From Methanocaldococcus sp. 16A (GTDB taxonomy: Archaea > AGJL01 > Methanococci > Methanococcales > Methanocaldococcaceae), in assembly GCA_049860595.1 (NCBI GenBank), contig CP187551.1: a DNA stretch of 64,000 nt. One strand, 5' to 3'. A model generated the notes under the pieces. That model saw only the letters and a list, made by a program, of their open reading frames with translations. It had not been told where the DNA came from and made no database searches. Positions 61,482 through 64,000 of the stretch are shown in pieces; position 1 is the first letter of the stretch; every line of letters begins with the position of its first letter. The translations under genes were made by a program, and so were the position numbers.

Positions 61482-62759
61482 ATGGTGATAGTTATGGCAT
61501 CAAATGATTCAAAACAATTATATTTATTTAAAAAAATGTTAAAAGAACTAAAAACAAAAAAAGGTAAAGGTACAGAACTTATTAGTCTTTATATCCCAGC
61601 AGGTAGAAGAATATCTGATGTAGCTCAGCATTTGAGAGAGGAGATGTCACAGGCATCAAATATTAAAAGTAAAAGTACAAGAAAAAATGTTCAATCAGCA
61701 ATAGAAGCAATTTTGCAGAGGTTGAAGTTATTAAAAGAACCTTTAGAGAAAGGAGTTGTTATATTTGCTGGAATGGTTCCAAGAAGTGGTCCAGGAACAG
61801 AAAAAATGGAAACTTATGTTATAGAGCCACCAGAACCAATAAAAACTTATATCTACAGATGTGATTCAGAATTTTACTTAGAACCATTAGAGGAATTTTT
61901 AGAGGATAAAGATGTTTATGGAATAATATTAGTTGATAGAAATGAGGCAACAATAGCGTTAGTTAAAGGAAGAAACATAAACATCTTAAAAAAACTAACA
62001 AGTGGAGTTCCTGGAAAGTTTAAAGCAGGAGGGCAGTCAGCAAGAAGATTAGAAAGGCTTATAGATTTAGCCGCTCATGAGTTTTTACAGAGAGTAGGGC
62101 AGAAAGCAAATGAGCAATTCCTTCCATTATTGCAAGAGAAAAAACTTAGAGGAATTTTAGTTGGGGGGCCTGGACATACAAAAAACGAGTTTGTTGAAGG
62201 AGATTATCTACATCATGAACTTAAAAAGATTGTCTTAGATACATTTGATTTGTGCTATACAGAAGAGTTTGGTATAAGAGAACTTTTAGAGAAAGCTGCC
62301 CCATTATTAAAAGATGTTGAGTTGATGAAAGAGAGAGAGGCTGTACAAAGGTTTTTAAAGGAATTAATTAAGGAGGATGGAGGATTGGCATGCTATGGTG
62401 AGAAAGAGGTTTTAGAAGCTTTAATGATGGGGGCAGTTGATACTTTAATTGTTTCTGAAGAATTAGAAAAATATAAGATAAAAATAGCATGTAATAACTG
62501 TAATTACTTAGAAGAGAAAACAGTTACAAAACTTGAGCTTATTAAATTGGAAGAAGAGCTTAAAAATGAACAATGTCCAAAATGTGGAGGAGCTTTAAGT
62601 ATTGTTGAAGAAAAAGACTATATTGAGTATCTTTCAGAGTTGTGTGAGCAGAGTGGAGCTAAGCTTATAACAGTTTCATCAGAAACAGAAGAAGGGGCTA
62701 TGATTTTAAATGCATTTAAGGGAATAGCCGCTATATTAAGATATAAAATTCATCAATAA
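61482..62759 (+). CDS. prf1: Peptide chain release factor aRF1
   Basis: GTELISLYIP, NIKS, YRCD and GGQS motifs. Confidence 0.98.
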   Translation: MVIVMASNDSKQLYLFKKMLKELKTKKGKGTELISLYIPAGRRISDVAQHLREEMSQASNIKSKSTRKNVQSAIEAILQRLKLLKEPLEKGVVIFAGMVPRSGPGTEKMETYVIEPPEPIKTYIYRCDSEFYLEPLEEFLEDKDVYGIILVDRNEATIALVKGRNINILKKLTSGVPGKFKAGGQSARRLERLIDLAAHEFLQRVGQKANEQFLPLLQEKKLRGILVGGPGHTKNEFVEGDYLHHELKKIVLDTFDLCYTEEFGIRELLEKAAPLLKDVELMKEREAVQRFLKELIKEDGGLACYGEKEVLEALMMGAVDTLIVSEELEKYKIKIACNNCNYLEEKTVTKLELIKLEEELKNEQCPKCGGALSIVEEKDYIEYLSELCEQSGAKLITVSSETEEGAMILNAFKGIAAILRYKIHQ

Positions 62760-63517
62760 CTTTTATATTCCTCTAAATTTATACATACTTTTTTAAATCC
62801 ATAAGCTTTAAATTTTTCAATAATTTCTTCCTTTTTATTAATTATATTTTCTAATTCACCTTCAACTTCAATAACTGCTAAATCTTTATAGTTTCTAACT
62901 CTTATAGCCCCTTTCACATAATTCCTTAAAAATTCTTCTAATACTTCTATCTTTTTTAAATCATTAATTGAAATTTCTCTATTAAACTCAAATCTTGTTA
63001 ATAAACATGTTTCTTTTGGAGGGATGCATATATTTAGTTCTTTAGCTATTTCTAAAATATCTTTTTTACTAATCTTAAAATCTGCAAATGGAGATATAAT
63101 ATTAAATTCTTCTTTAGCCTTTAATCCAGGTCTATCTTCAAACAAATCGTCATAATGAGTTCCATCAACAATAACATCGTAATTATATTTTTCTTTCTCT
63201 TTAGTTAATATTTCAAAAAACATCTTTTTGCATAAATAACATCTTTCTGGAACATTTTCAATAACTTTATCAAGTTCAATAATTTTTAAATTTAGGTTAT
63301 ACTTTTTTGCATTAATAATTGCGTTATTTAAAGACCATTCTGAAATGTAAGGAGTTTTTATAAAAATACATAAAGTTTCAGTAATTTCTGATAGTAGTAT
63401 AGATAAAAGCAAACTGTCTATTCCACCAGAATAAGCAATAATAACTTTTTTATTTTCAAATTTTTCTTTAAGATTATTTTTTAATTCCTTTAATTTCTCC
63501 AAAATTATCACCAGCAA
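62753..63517 (-). CDS. LarE-like PP-loop ATP-dependent sulfur transferase
   Basis: AYSGGIDS, RCYLCK, DRPG and CLLTR motifs. Confidence 0.85.
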   Translation of the reverse strand: MLVIILEKLKELKNNLKEKFENKKVIIAYSGGIDSLLLSILLSEITETLCIFIKTPYISEWSLNNAIINAKKYNLNLKIIELDKVIENVPERCYLCKKMFFEILTKEKEKYNYDVIVDGTHYDDLFEDRPGLKAKEEFNIISPFADFKISKKDILEIAKELNICIPPKETCLLTRFEFNREISINDLKKIEVLEEFLRNYVKGAIRVRNYKDLAVIEVEGELENIINKKEEIIEKFKAYGFKKVCINLEEYKSY

Positions 63518-63593
63518 TAATTTTAAATAGACTATATTAATTTTATATTCTTTATGTTATTGGTTATTAATTTAATGTTTTAGAGGGAAAAAC

Positions 63594-64000
63594 ATGATGG
63601 AAAAACTTAAAGAAATAGAAAAAGTAACTAAAGCCATTAAAGAGAAAATATTAAACCACTATGGTTATATTAGAGTAATAACTCACCATGATACAGATGG
63701 ATTGAGTAGTGGCGGAATATTGGCTAAGATGCTGATGAGAACAAATAAATTATTTCATTTAACTGTTGTTGAACATTTATCTAAGGATGTTATTGAAAAA
63801 TTAGCTAAGGAAAATGAAGTAAATAAACCTCTCTTTATATTTGCAGATATGGGTAGTGGGCAGATAGAGGATATAATAAAACACAACTTTAATGCAATAA
63901 TCTTAGACCATCATCCACCAATTATAAAGGAGAGCTTTGTTAATGAAAATATTATTCAACTAAATCCACATATTTTTGGAGTAGATGGAGCGAGAGAAAT
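63594..64000 (+). CDS. RecJ-like DHH-family nuclease (5' part, runs off the window)
   Basis: My translation: ITHHDTDGL, FADMGSG, ILDHHP, NPH. Confidence 0.85.
   Translation, partial: MMEKLKEIEKVTKAIKEKILNHYGYIRVITHHDTDGLSSGGILAKMLMRTNKLFHLTVVEHLSKDVIEKLAKENEVNKPLFIFADMGSGQIEDIIKHNFNAIILDHHPPIIKESFVNENIIQLNPHIFGVDGARE

Overview
AT-rich archaeal chromosome segment from a hyperthermophilic Methanococcales methanogen. It looks like Methanocaldococcus: gene content resembles the M. jannaschii MJ0749-MJ0831 region as I recall it, but tfb here has no intein, so it is probably a different species or strain. Core genes include cofE, cbiL, mptA, tfe, tfb, gar1, hmd-hcgA-hcgG, argH, methanogenesis markers 15/17, dys, mfnD, S-layer protein, moaA, FKBP and aRF1. 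Non-core or unusual elements: (1) a candidate replication-origin locus at 11.7-17 kb with three wHTH proteins (one Cdc6-like AAA+, one apparently degenerate AAA+, one wHTH-Zn finger) and two large intergenic regions, one with a 32-bp inverted repeat flanking an AT-rich core and one with five direct repeats, plus a TTCGAA-NN-TTCGAA motif cluster; (2) a three-gene restriction-modification operon with a stand-alone HEPN gene between the R-M and S genes; (3) a tnpB-only IS200/IS605 element with a rearranged RuvC site and an in-frame twin-hairpin insertion; (4) an Ala-starting mini-intein in the KlbA ATPase; (5) a box C/D sRNA between two AmmeMemoRadiSam genes; (6) two families of ~100-125 bp palindromic repeats; (7) several gene relics (acr3, WYL, MacB-type permease, archaeal ATPase). 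No CRISPR array, tRNA or rRNA was seen. All calls are by eye from motifs and recalled family knowledge; no database search was run.
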